Positions 44,083 to 53,184 are shown, counted from the first letter of the stretch. The stretch: DNA of 64,000 bases from Candidatus Latescibacterota bacterium (GCA_965219385.1 CBDCNM010000001.1:670631-734630), one strand, 5' to 3'. Program-made: numbers and translations. Notes: generated by a model from the letters alone, not told the origin.

Positions 44083-44424
44083 ATGGTGGCCGAAACGACC
44101 GAATCTCAAGCTGCTCCGGCCCCGGATAATACCCATTGGGGGGTCGCCTATCTGCGCGAAGACCTGCAGGAGCTGCGCCTGCAGATACGCGAAGACGGCA
44201 AAGACCTGCGCCTGCAGATCGCCGAGACCAATCAGCGCATTGACGAGGTCAACCAGTCGCTTGGGCAGCGCATTGACCAGACCAATCAGCGCATTGACGA
44301 GGTCAACCAGTCGCTTGGGCAGCGCGTTGACCAGACCAATAAACTCATTGACTCCCGTTTCGCCTGGCTCATCACGACCATGGTGGCACTGACGGGCATT
44401 CTCATCGCCGTGATCAAGCTCTGA
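44083..44424 (+). CDS. Small coiled-coil protein with C-terminal TM anchor (DUF1640/CCDC90/Bdr-like architecture), allele 1
   Basis: xTNxRID heptads and EVNQSLGQRID hendecads; C-terminal WLITTMVALTGILIAVIKL. Confidence 0.8.
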   Translation: MVAETTESQAAPAPDNTHWGVAYLREDLQELRLQIREDGKDLRLQIAETNQRIDEVNQSLGQRIDQTNQRIDEVNQSLGQRVDQTNKLIDSRFAWLITTMVALTGILIAVIKL

Positions 44425-44686
44425 GCCCCGTCCACACCGGGCTCCGTCCGACCGCCTGCCCAAGGACGGGAAACCGACGGCGCCTGCCGAACGGACGCGA
44501 CCTGTTCCCTCCGGTAAAATCCTGGCGGATGCCGCCGCCCCCCGCACCCAGGGCCGCCGGCCCATCTGGTTTTTCCAGAAGCGCCTCTGAAGCCCCTTGG
44601 TCCCGGCGTCGACTGCCGGCGACCTCCTCAACCCACCCTCGGGACGATCCTTCATCTGCAAGGGGTTAGCTCTTCGTTTCAATAGC

Positions 44687-44703
44687 TGGCACGAATTGTG
44701 CAT
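44687..44703 (+). promoter_or_regulatory. sigma54 -24/-12-like promoter with no obvious downstream gene
   Basis: TGGCACGAATTGTGCAT, one mismatch to the 35734 promoter. Confidence 0.5.
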
Positions 44704-44779
44704 GTAGTCTGTGATTCTCCCGCGGCAGGATGACGCCCGGTGCGGGGGCTCTCCGGTTTTCTCCCACCCTGCAGCCTCA

Positions 44780-44870
44780 TCCAGCGTACGTCCCCATGTA
44801 TCCCCGCTTCAGGATCGCCCAAAGCTCTCCATGCCGTTGATGTGAACCCTGCGCCGTAGATTCTGTTCGT
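44780..44870 (-). mobile_element. IS1595-family transposase remnant
   Basis: With one frameshift reads VHINGMESF(W)AILKRGYMGTY, resembling the IS1595 C-terminal motif. Confidence 0.55.
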
Positions 44871-45088
44871 CTTCCGGTCCCAGGACGCCGGGAGATCCTC
44901 TTCAACGTAACCCTGAGTCCGGCCAGCAGCAGCTCAGGCTTCGCAAGTTCAGAAATACCCCTCCGACAGAATTGTGCGTGACATGGACACTGTGGTGGCT
45001 GAGCCCCCGAATGAGCAAACTGACAGCAGGCCGACAACGTCTTCGTCAGCTACCTGGTTCTGTCGGCGCAGGATCAAAGGTCTTCCGT

Positions 45089-45405
45089 CAGTAGTGTCCC
45101 ATTGTTGCCTGAGGATTTTATTAATTTCGTTGATGTTACAGCATTTAATGAGTAGAATCGACTTGAAATCGTCTCGTTATTTTGGCCCTCCCCTCCTCGG
45201 CAATTTACAAGGAAAGGCCCATGTACAGCGGACGCTTCGTTTTTCCCAGCTCATGGAATTTTTCCCGTTGCCCGCGTTTCGACGCTGTGTTCACCGGTAC
45301 CGGGGCCATTACAAGGTGCAACGGTTCTCGTGTTTGGATCAGTTTCTCTGCATGGCCTTTGCCCAACTAACCGGTCGCGAGAGCCTGCGAGACATCGAAA
45401 CCTGA
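45089..45405 (+). mobile_element. IS4-family (DUF4372-type) left end and truncated transposase
   Basis: MYSGRFVF/SQLMEF...FSCLDQFLCMAFAQLTGRESLRDIET from ATG 45221 with a frameshift in a T run; putative terminal IR CAGTAGTGTCCC at 45089. Confidence 0.75.
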
Positions 45406-45452
45406 CTCCCTCGTAACAACCCGGTTCACCGACAGGGATTTCTTCTTGAAAC

Positions 45453-45625
45453 TTAACACAGGCCTCTATTGGCGATGGACCAGTCGGTCACAGAATCGCT
45501 GTCTTCGTCATCCGAAGTCGTGCCTTGCCAACCAGAGGCGGTAATTGTCACGACATCCTTGTTGTAATCCGCCACGACCACATACGTATTACCCGCCTCG
45601 AGCGTTGCCCCCGAGGCGACGGACA
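45453..45625 (-). pseudogene. Fragment of an extracellular beta-rich surface-protein domain
   Basis: TLEAGNTYVVV...TTSDDEDSDSVTDWSIAN segment without a credible start. Confidence 0.4.
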
Positions 45626-45942
45626 AACGTTTATAGCAGGTCGCGGAACAAGGGCGACCTCCGGCCCATCGGTCCTTGGCAAAGAACCGAGAAGGCACGG
45701 CCAAATAGACGTTGGCCACAGTATGGAGACAGTGGGTCTTAGAGAATCGGGGGGTTAAATAACTGTTTTTGAACGACTTATGAAATTATAGTTATCGTCC
45801 AAAGCTCGGGACTGGACGCTGAATGGGGCCACCGCACCAAGCGCTGTCCTATCAGATGTAGGGTTATGTACCATTTTCTATCGTCCGCCAGCGGCAGGAC
45901 CGCCGCCGGACGATCGGACACGCCGGTCTGGTTCAGGATTTC

Positions 45943-46618
45943 GCGGTCAGAGGAGCCTGGTATGGACAGGTCTCACAGCTTGATCACGGCGATGAGAATG
46001 CCCGTCAGTGCCACCATGGTCGTGATGAGCCAGGCGAAACGGGAGTCAATGAGTTTATTGACCTCGTCAATGCGGTTATTGGTCTGGTCAATGCGCTGCC
46101 CGAGCGACTGGTTGATTTCGTCAATGCGGTTATTGGTCTCGTCAATGCGGTTATTGGTCTGGTCAATGCGCTGATTGGTCTCGGCGATCTGCAGGCGCAG
46201 GTCTTTGCCGTCTTCGCGTATCTGCAGGCGCAGCTCCTGCAGGTCTTCGCGCAGATAGGCGACCCCCCAATGGGTATTATCCGGGGCCGGAGCAGCTTGA
46301 GATTCGGTCGTTTCGGCCACCATCCTGACCTTGAACAGTGCGTGTTAGCGTGGTGTACAACTGCGACGATGAACGTCGCCTACGGAAATAGGCGGACTTG
46401 ATCTTGATCGGGCAACTGGCTTTGCCGGCACGATGTGGTGTCTGTCCTGGACGGGGGGGCCGTGCCGCGCGCTTTCGGGCGCTTTGCCGGTGGGCAGGGC
46501 CTACTTGAGGACGAGCAGGCGCTGGGTCTGCACCCCACCGGGATAGCGCAGGTGCACCAGATACACCCCTGCTGCCACGATCACGCCGCGCCGATCGCGC
46601 CCGTCCCAGTGTACCTTA
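45943..46618 (-). repeat. Right arm of the ~0.67 kb inverted duplication
   Basis: Reverse complement of 43788-44455. Confidence 0.92.
45973..46323 (-). CDS. Small coiled-coil protein with C-terminal TM anchor, allele 2
   Basis: N- and C-termini identical to 44083-44424, with a different order and number of repeat modules. Confidence 0.8.
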   Translation of the reverse strand: MVAETTESQAAPAPDNTHWGVAYLREDLQELRLQIREDGKDLRLQIAETNQRIDQTNNRIDETNNRIDEINQSLGQRIDQTNNRIDEVNKLIDSRFAWLITTMVALTGILIAVIKL

Positions 46619-46634
46619 CATCTCAAATGGATTT

Positions 46635-47441
46635 TCAGTTCTGGTTGAGGCCGTACTCACCCCGCGTCAACAGAACTTCTTTCCAATAGATCTCCCGTTT
46701 GTCTATGATCTCATCGGGTGTGGGGGCCGGACGGTATTCAAGCAATGTGAACTTGAAATTTTCTCGGGCATAGTCCAGCTTGTCACCTACTAACTCCTGC
46801 AATTCTTTGTTCCCGCCGTGGCCAGAGCGGGTGTATTCCCCCCACCGAGCCCAGATTCCTTGACCGCCAGAGGCTTTTCCGACATATCGTTTGCCCGTAC
46901 TGGTATCAGTAATCAGATAAACGCCCTTTACATTCTCCAAGGCCGATTTCCAGTCGGGTCTGTCGTTCTGGACCAAAGTCGAGAGTTCCGTAAAGGGGAG
47001 ATCGATACTCTCATAGCCGGGAAAGGTCCGTCCAGAGTAGGGGTCTCGCAGTATTTCCGAGACCTCGAAATCGTCATAGTGATTTTCGAAGTTTACCCGC
47101 GTTGAACGGCCTCGAAAGGAAGAACGAATCTTGAGCCGTCCGATGAAGGCTTCGCCATGATCTGTCAACTCGACTTTGTAGCGATCTTCATGCCGAGCCA
47201 AGACGCGGAAGATTCCTCCGAATAGCCAGATATCTTTCTCACTGTAAAAGTTCATCAGCGAAAAGATGAAATCTCGGCTGAACTCGTTTCGACCAGGAAA
47301 ATATTCTTGCCAATAGACCCAGTTATATCTGTCGATTAACCACTCGTCCAAAGGCTCTTTGTCACCATTGTAGCGTCCGAAATGAACTTTGTAATCGCCA
47401 ATATTCTCGATTGGCCAGATGTCCTTCAGCTTAATCGACAT
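46635..47441 (-). CDS. GIY-YIG nuclease family protein
   Basis: GVYLITD...RYVGKA, ARW, REIYWK and terminal GLNxN; visibly lower GC than the core. Confidence 0.85.
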   Translation of the reverse strand: MSIKLKDIWPIENIGDYKVHFGRYNGDKEPLDEWLIDRYNWVYWQEYFPGRNEFSRDFIFSLMNFYSEKDIWLFGGIFRVLARHEDRYKVELTDHGEAFIGRLKIRSSFRGRSTRVNFENHYDDFEVSEILRDPYSGRTFPGYESIDLPFTELSTLVQNDRPDWKSALENVKGVYLITDTSTGKRYVGKASGGQGIWARWGEYTRSGHGGNKELQELVGDKLDYARENFKFTLLEYRPAPTPDEIIDKREIYWKEVLLTRGEYGLNQN

Positions 47442-47509
47442 ACCCTTAATCTCTGTTCACCATCCTTCAGAAGCTGGCTTTTTCATGGGAATTATATACT
47501 TGAGTACCC

Positions 47510-47545
47510 AAAACGCCCAAAAGGAATCTTCCTTTTGGGCGTTTT
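47510..47545. repeat. Perfect 17-bp-stem palindrome
   Basis: AAAACGCCCAAAAGGAA-TC-TTCCTTTTGGGCGTTTT. Confidence 0.85.
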
Positions 47546-47657
47546 TCTGGTGTAGGCTTTATGTCAAAGAGTGGGCGATGGGGATACTTTAGAAAAACGA
47601 CCCTTGCTTGAGAAACTCCACCGGTGCTTCCTCGCCCCAGCCGCGCGTGTAGTAGTC

Positions 47658-47945
47658 CAAGTATAGGTAAAATGAGGCAGGTTTTGGGCCCTCTGTCAAG
47701 GCGATGGACACCCCAAGGGGCAGGGTAAGCTCCCTGAGGATCGTTTGCAGGTCCTTGGGCAGGGCTCGCAGTACGGTTGGGTTGCCGGTCGGCCCGTATC
47801 GGGGCCAACCCGGTGCTCGATGAGGCCATTCAGGACGCACCCGGCCATACGGCCGTCACCGGAAGCGATCCAGAAGGAAGGTCAGGCGGCGCACTCGAAC
47901 GGCGGCTGCGGCGGGGCCCTCGGCGGCGCACTCGCCGGCCGGCGG
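47658..47945 (-). mobile_element. IS91/ISCR-like oriIS end with the last codons of the transposase, copy A
   Basis: Direct repeat of 48856-49130; encodes ...PPRAPPQPPFECAA*; ends ...TTTTACCTATA-CTTG on the minus strand. Confidence 0.75.
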
Positions 47946-47967
47946 GCAAGGTCCCTGCGGTCAGGCG

Positions 47968-48786
47968 TTACTCGACCACCACCAGCACCGCCTCTCCCCG
48001 CAGGATGTGGTTGATGATGGTGACGTGAGTGACGCCCTCGGCGCTCATCTCCACCATGTAATCCTGTTCTTTCTTGAGCTTGCCGGAACGGCCGATGAGC
48101 TCCTTCAGTTTCTGATCCGGATCCAGGGCCAGTTGCTCGCCGATAGCGAGGATTTTGACCTGGGAGTCCTCGTCTCCGGGTTTGTGGACCAGCATGTACC
48201 CCTTGCGGAAGAAGCGGCGGCCCGTCTCCAGGAATCCATCCTCCTTGAGACGATTCTCCGTGCCCACCACCACGCGCACCGCGTTTTTAGCCTGGTCGAG
48301 TTCCACTTTCGTTCTTTCGATATTCTTATTGGCCTCGTCCAACTCCTGCGACAACTGCCGGGTGAGGTTTATCTGGCCGCGCAGGGCGGCGGTGAGGCTG
48401 TCCGACTCGACGATCAGCCGGTCGATTTTAGCGTCGTCGGCCTCTTTCTCCTCCTGCAGCATGGCGATGGCCTTCTGCAACTCCACGTTCAAGCGGCGCC
48501 GTTCCGCGGCCATGGCGCGGTACTTCTTCACTTCCCGGGAGAGTTGCTCGTTTTTCTCCTGCAGGATCATCTCGAACCGGTTGAGGCTGTCGAGTTCAGC
48601 CTGCAGGGTGACGAGCTGAGCCTGGGAACTGCCCACCTCCTGTTCGAGCGAGTCGATGCGGGCGTTGCTCTGTTCTTTCATCAGGTTGTATTCCCGTCTC
48701 TGCTTCTCCAACTCGCTTTCTCCGCAGGCGGTCAGACCGAGACAAAGGAACAGGGCGATGAGAGCGCCGGAAAAAATCGTCTGCAT
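47968..48786 (-). CDS. Coiled-coil lipoprotein; the C-terminus resembles Cbp1-type adhesins
   Basis: GGAGG RBS, LTAC lipobox, long coiled coil, NAVRVVVGTENRLKEDGFL segment. Confidence 0.7.
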   Translation of the reverse strand: MQTIFSGALIALFLCLGLTACGESELEKQRREYNLMKEQSNARIDSLEQEVGSSQAQLVTLQAELDSLNRFEMILQEKNEQLSREVKKYRAMAAERRRLNVELQKAIAMLQEEKEADDAKIDRLIVESDSLTAALRGQINLTRQLSQELDEANKNIERTKVELDQAKNAVRVVVGTENRLKEDGFLETGRRFFRKGYMLVHKPGDEDSQVKILAIGEQLALDPDQKLKELIGRSGKLKKEQDYMVEMSAEGVTHVTIINHILRGEAVLVVVE

Positions 48787-48855
48787 GTGATATCCTCCCA
48801 TGTTGATGTTTGAAGTTTAGGGCGCGGAATTCAGCAGAATAAGGCCGTTATCGAT

Positions 48856-49625
48856 CAAGTATAGGTAAAATGAGGCATTTTTGGGCCCTCTGTCAAGGCG
48901 CTGAGCGCACGCAAGGGGCAGGGTAAGCTCCCTGAGGATCGTTTGCAGGTCCTTGGGCAGGGCTCGCAGTACGGGTTTGTTGCCGGTCGGCCCGTATCGG
49001 GGCCAACCCGGTACTTGATGAGGCCATTCAGGACGCACCCGGCCATACGGCCCCGGCGCAGGGAGGCGGTCGACAAGGCAGGTCAGGCGGCGAACTCGAA
49101 CTGCGGCTGCGGCGGGGCCCTCGGCGGCAGCCCTACGCCCTCCAGATAGCCTCGGATCGAGGCCGGATCGGTCCCGGCGGCGAGGATCCGCAGGCGACCG
49201 CCACCGGCCGCGCATGGGCTGATGTCGGCGGAAAACATCCGCGCCAGCAGGGCCGCCCACCCCAGCCCAGCCGATGACCGCAGCACGGAGCGCAGCACCG
49301 GGGCGCCGTGCGCACCCCGGTGGCGATGAGCCCCCCCGCGCACCGAGGCCGCCGTGAGAGCGGCCAGCACGGGCTCCTCGTCCGCGAGGGGATCGGCTAC
49401 GGTGTCGTCGAGCAGGCCGCGTCGGGTGCACAGACGGATGATGCGGCCTGCACTCGTCTGCACGATCTGCTGCACATCCTGGTCGGACAACGGCGGGGCC
49501 GCTACGAAAACTGGCGCTTCGTCCCCATGGACGTAGACCCCGTCAAGCATGAGCACGTGCACGTGGGGATTGAGGTTCAGTGAGGAACCGAATCTCTGGA
49601 CGAAGGTTGCCGAGCCGCAGCCCGC
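48856..49625 (-). mobile_element. IS91-family transposase remnant with oriIS end, copy B
   Basis: FVQRFGSSLNLNPHVHVLMLDGVY HUH motif, internally deleted, ends PPRAPPQPQFEFAA* at 49083; the downstream end abuts CTTG. Confidence 0.85.
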
Positions 49626-49726
49626 CGGGATTAAATGGATAAACAATATCCAGACATTTTAGCAGATTGACTTTGGACGGATCTTGCGAATACGGAACGA
49701 GCGGGTTTCGGGAAGCAACAGGGCGA

Positions 49727-49905
49727 TTATCGAGTTCGGTATTCCTGAATGCGGGTATACTCGACGAGTTGGGTAATATTCTGAATTGAATTCGTTAGGC
49801 ACGATAAAATCAGGGTTCAGGTTCTAAGCAGCTAAAGACTGCATTGACATACTTGTCGAGGTTGGCTTCGACCTCCTCGAAGGACACTTCAAAAGGAAAC
49901 GGCAT
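49727..49905 (-). pseudogene. Collapsed remnant of the methyltransferase's partner gene (probable restriction endonuclease)
   Basis: ATG 49905 overlaps the MTase end: MPFPFEVSFEEVEANLDKYVNAVFSCLE, then PDFIVPNEFN and QLVEYTRIQEYRTR* in other frames. Confidence 0.5.
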
Positions 49906-52081
49906 CGAGCGGTTCGCTATCCGATTGCTGAGTGAAGAGTTCGCCTGACAATTGCGACGGGAGAGTATTGTCTTCTATTCTCTCCAGGATTTCTTCAATT
50001 TCACCAATGTCAGTGACAATTTCGTAAAATCGCCCCAGTTTGACCTTTGTCTTAAGATCTACATCCCATTCTTGTCGTAGATTCCAGATCGCCATGCGAG
50101 TAAGGTGGCCGTAGACAATGCAGCGGGTGTCTCCCTGGGTTGGCGTCATGCCGGCCTGACGCAGTAGCGCCAAATCCCCAGCAACGATTTTTGCCAGCCC
50201 TTCCACCGACTCGAACAGCCAGCGACGTGCTTTCATACCGGTTGCACGGCAAACAAATATCGTATCGACGATGGAGGAAGAAGTCCCACGAATGTGGATT
50301 GATCCCCTCATCTCGGCCGGACAAGGCAAGGAAGCCGAGCAGATCAGTCTGGAATCAAGAATGGCAACCCCAATGGCGGAATAAGCTTCCAACTTGTTGT
50401 GGTGGAATGTGAAGGCCAGCGGGGCTCCCGGCTTAAGGGCCTCAGCCATACGCTGATAAACGGTCGCTAACCCCTCGGTGAAGTGATCGAGACCGCGGGC
50501 ATGGGTAACATTGCCGGTAAGCTCCTTGATCGAACGGGAGGAAGGCATATCGAAACCTTCAGCCTTATCTCCAATGAGCCGGCGCAGCCAAACGTAGCAG
50601 AAGTCCATTAACTCGCCGTATTGCACATTCCCGAAATAAGGGGGATCCGTGAATACAGCATCCAGACTTGCTGGTTTCAGCCTGGATTCGGTTGAGCTGG
50701 CACAGCGGATATTGATGCGCCGCTTTCGGTATCCGTTCTGCTCTTCGCCAATCCATTCCCCTGCTACTGGAACCTGCACATAGCGAGAGCCCTGCCGCAT
50801 GAATTCGAAAGGAGCATCGCAGTATGCCTTGGCCTTGCGATACTTGTCTATGATATTCGACCAGCCTCCAGAGCCGACATTTACGCCTGTGCCGTTGGTG
50901 ATCCCCAGCAGGTTGGATTCACACTGGATTAATCCCACCGGAAAGCCATGGATCGAAAAGATGTCGAGCGATTTAAGTGCCATAACATCGTAGCGACACA
51001 ATATGTTCTGATATCGCAGCAGATCGGAGAGATTGGTCGCCAAGGCGTGACGCATGCGCTGGTCCTCGATTTGGACAATTCGACGTGCGCTCAACTCCAG
51101 CCCGAGTAGTTGGCGCTCGTTGAACATCTCCCGGTAGTATCTGTACCCCCAACGGTGCAAACGGTCGGTCTCATCACCTGGGGGAATCTCGTCTTCAGGT
51201 ACAAACTCAGGTGCAAACTCAGACCACCGATGGGTAGCCACCATGACCCGCCCTATATCCTTTTTGTCGGGCTTCTTAAAGAAGCGGCCAGGGTGTTCTG
51301 CTTTGCGGTCTGGATTGTGGTACTCGATGGCAAACAGCCGATGCTGGAGTGGGCCATTTTCGGGGCGAGGATATTTGTTTGTATAGCCACAATGCGGACA
51401 GTTGCACCGATTACGATGAGCAGGACCCTCAAGCTTTAACTCAGATGAACAAGCTTGGCATCCGCCGGGATCCTTCGGATCGTTAACTTCATTCAGATCC
51501 CCACAAGCAGAGCAGACCAATACATGCTTGGGGTGTCTCTGGTCCTTCGCAAGCCGATAGCCGGGAAATAGATCAATCCGTTTATGGCAAGCTATGCACT
51601 CAAGGGTTTTTACCCACAGAAAGTACTTGACCGGCACATCTATGTCGCCAAAGTTCGGGCAGTTCGTTCTATATAGAGCCCCAACCTCCTGCTCCAAATA
51701 ATCTACCAGTGCATGACTCTCCGCACCGTAGGCAGGTAAGTCCAAATGTTCCAGTTCCTCGCGTACGATCCAGGCTGCCATCGGGTTGATATCGTAGCCC
51801 ACCACATCGCAGCCGACGCGGTTGGCTTCAATGAGGGGTGTGCCCCCTCCCATGAAAGGGTCGGCTACACAACGATCTGGAAGATCATTCGATTGGTAGA
51901 AAAGCTCCTCCAGGGAAGCATCTCCGAACTCGGCTAGTGCCAGACCACGGAACAAAGTACCCAGTCGGCGTGCGAACCATTTATGCACAGCAATAATTGG
52001 CCGATAATGCTGCTGTATCTGCTTCTCTTTGAGCGCCAGCGCAGCGATGAAAGGAACATGGAATCGTTTTTCAATGGACAC
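49889..52081 (-). CDS. Adenine-specific DNA methyltransferase with Zn-ribbons (DUF1156-type)
   Basis: HKWFARR, DPFMGGG motif I, several CxxC pairs, TDPPY motif IV. Confidence 0.9.
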   Translation of the reverse strand: MSIEKRFHVPFIAALALKEKQIQQHYRPIIAVHKWFARRLGTLFRGLALAEFGDASLEELFYQSNDLPDRCVADPFMGGGTPLIEANRVGCDVVGYDINPMAAWIVREELEHLDLPAYGAESHALVDYLEQEVGALYRTNCPNFGDIDVPVKYFLWVKTLECIACHKRIDLFPGYRLAKDQRHPKHVLVCSACGDLNEVNDPKDPGGCQACSSELKLEGPAHRNRCNCPHCGYTNKYPRPENGPLQHRLFAIEYHNPDRKAEHPGRFFKKPDKKDIGRVMVATHRWSEFAPEFVPEDEIPPGDETDRLHRWGYRYYREMFNERQLLGLELSARRIVQIEDQRMRHALATNLSDLLRYQNILCRYDVMALKSLDIFSIHGFPVGLIQCESNLLGITNGTGVNVGSGGWSNIIDKYRKAKAYCDAPFEFMRQGSRYVQVPVAGEWIGEEQNGYRKRRINIRCASSTESRLKPASLDAVFTDPPYFGNVQYGELMDFCYVWLRRLIGDKAEGFDMPSSRSIKELTGNVTHARGLDHFTEGLATVYQRMAEALKPGAPLAFTFHHNKLEAYSAIGVAILDSRLICSASLPCPAEMRGSIHIRGTSSSIVDTIFVCRATGMKARRWLFESVEGLAKIVAGDLALLRQAGMTPTQGDTRCIVYGHLTRMAIWNLRQEWDVDLKTKVKLGRFYEIVTDIGEIEEILERIEDNTLPSQLSGELFTQQSDSEPLDAVSF

Positions 52082-52410
52082 AGATTATTTCCTGCCTTAT
52101 AACGACTTGTCGAGCTTTGATCGGGGAGTTCTCCGGCTTGCCTAAGTCTAGCCGATCCCGCTGCCTCATTGCTAAGGTACAGCTCCTTCTATCAGGCAGA
52201 AAGCTATTGGTCACAAGTCTTCAACCGCCTCTTGGTTCTCCTCTGTTAACGAACTCAGAAAGCCAAACCCTGTCAAGCATTCTACCCAGGTAACACCCAA
52301 TAACAGGTACAAAAACTTCAGCGTAAAAGCAAAGAATTACCCAAGACCAAAAAATAACACCAGAAAGACCCGGACCAGGTCTGGGACCGTTGGATCATCA
52401 AGCGCATCTT

Positions 52411-53184
52411 TTACGTGGACGGCAGCCAGCTCCGGAAGCGAAAGCCCCCGTCCACGCACAGCACGGAACCGGTGATGTAGTCGGCCGCATCCGAGCACAG
52501 GAAGGTGGCGGCCCGGCCGATGTCCTCGATGCTGCCCAGGCGGCCCCAGGGTAATTTCTGGCCCTCTTCCTGGATCTGTTCCTCAGTGGTGTAGGTGCGC
52601 TCGCCAGGGGTGTCGATCCAGCCCGGTTCGATGGTGTTGACCCGGATGCGGTGGGGGATGAGTTCGTTGGCGATGGTAGAGCCCATGTGATTGAGGCCGG
52701 CCTTGGCGGCATTGTAGGCCAGGGAAGTGGGCACGGGGAGGAAGGCGTGGACCGAACTGATGAAGAGAAGGCTGCCGCCGCGTCCCTGCGCGACCATTTG
52801 CCGGGCGCTTTCCTGGGCGGTGTGGAAGACGCCCCACAAGGTCACCCCCAGGGTGCGCTGCATCCCCTCTATGGACATCTCCAGAAACGGCTCTCTCTTG
52901 CTGTAGGCTGCATTGCACACGGCGATATCCAGGTGCCTGAACCCCTGGACTGTGGTCGCCACCATGCGGTCCACGGCGGTGCGGTCGGCCACGTCCGCCC
53001 CGATTACCAGAGCCTGCCGGCCCAGGCCACGGATCTCTTCGGCCACCGCCTCGGCTTCGTCCGGATGGGTCCGGTAAGTCACGGCGATATCCGCTCCGGC
53101 ACGGGCCATTTCGAGGGCACAGCCTCGGCCGATCCCGCGCGACGAGCCGGTGATCAGGGCTACTTTTCCCGTCAGGTCGATCAT
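52411..53184 (-). CDS. SDR family oxidoreductase (glucose 1-dehydrogenase-like)
   Basis: TGSSRGIG, SSVH, YNAAK and PGWIDTP motifs. Confidence 0.92.
   Translation of the reverse strand: MIDLTGKVALITGSSRGIGRGCALEMARAGADIAVTYRTHPDEAEAVAEEIRGLGRQALVIGADVADRTAVDRMVATTVQGFRHLDIAVCNAAYSKREPFLEMSIEGMQRTLGVTLWGVFHTAQESARQMVAQGRGGSLLFISSVHAFLPVPTSLAYNAAKAGLNHMGSTIANELIPHRIRVNTIEPGWIDTPGERTYTTEEQIQEEGQKLPWGRLGSIEDIGRAATFLCSDAADYITGSVLCVDGGFRFRSWLPST

Larger units (their letters stand above)
43788..44455 (+). repeat. Left arm of a ~0.67 kb inverted duplication
   Basis: Reverse-complement match to 45943-46618 beginning TAAGGTACACTGGG, with scattered SNPs and a different internal repeat array. Confidence 0.92.

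Noticed and set aside
45830..45885. Second IS1595 C-terminal remnant (KRLSYQ-like after a frameshift)
   Set aside because: The match is too short to support without a database search.
43788..46618. Diversity-generating retroelement (TR/VR pair)
   Set aside because: There is no reverse transcriptase in the window, and the differences are module rearrangements and mixed substitutions rather than adenine-specific changes.
43788..46618. Inverted duplication as a simple assembly artefact
   Set aside because: The arms differ by several SNPs and by repeat-module order, which an exact mis-join would not produce. Co-assembly of strain variants is not fully excluded.
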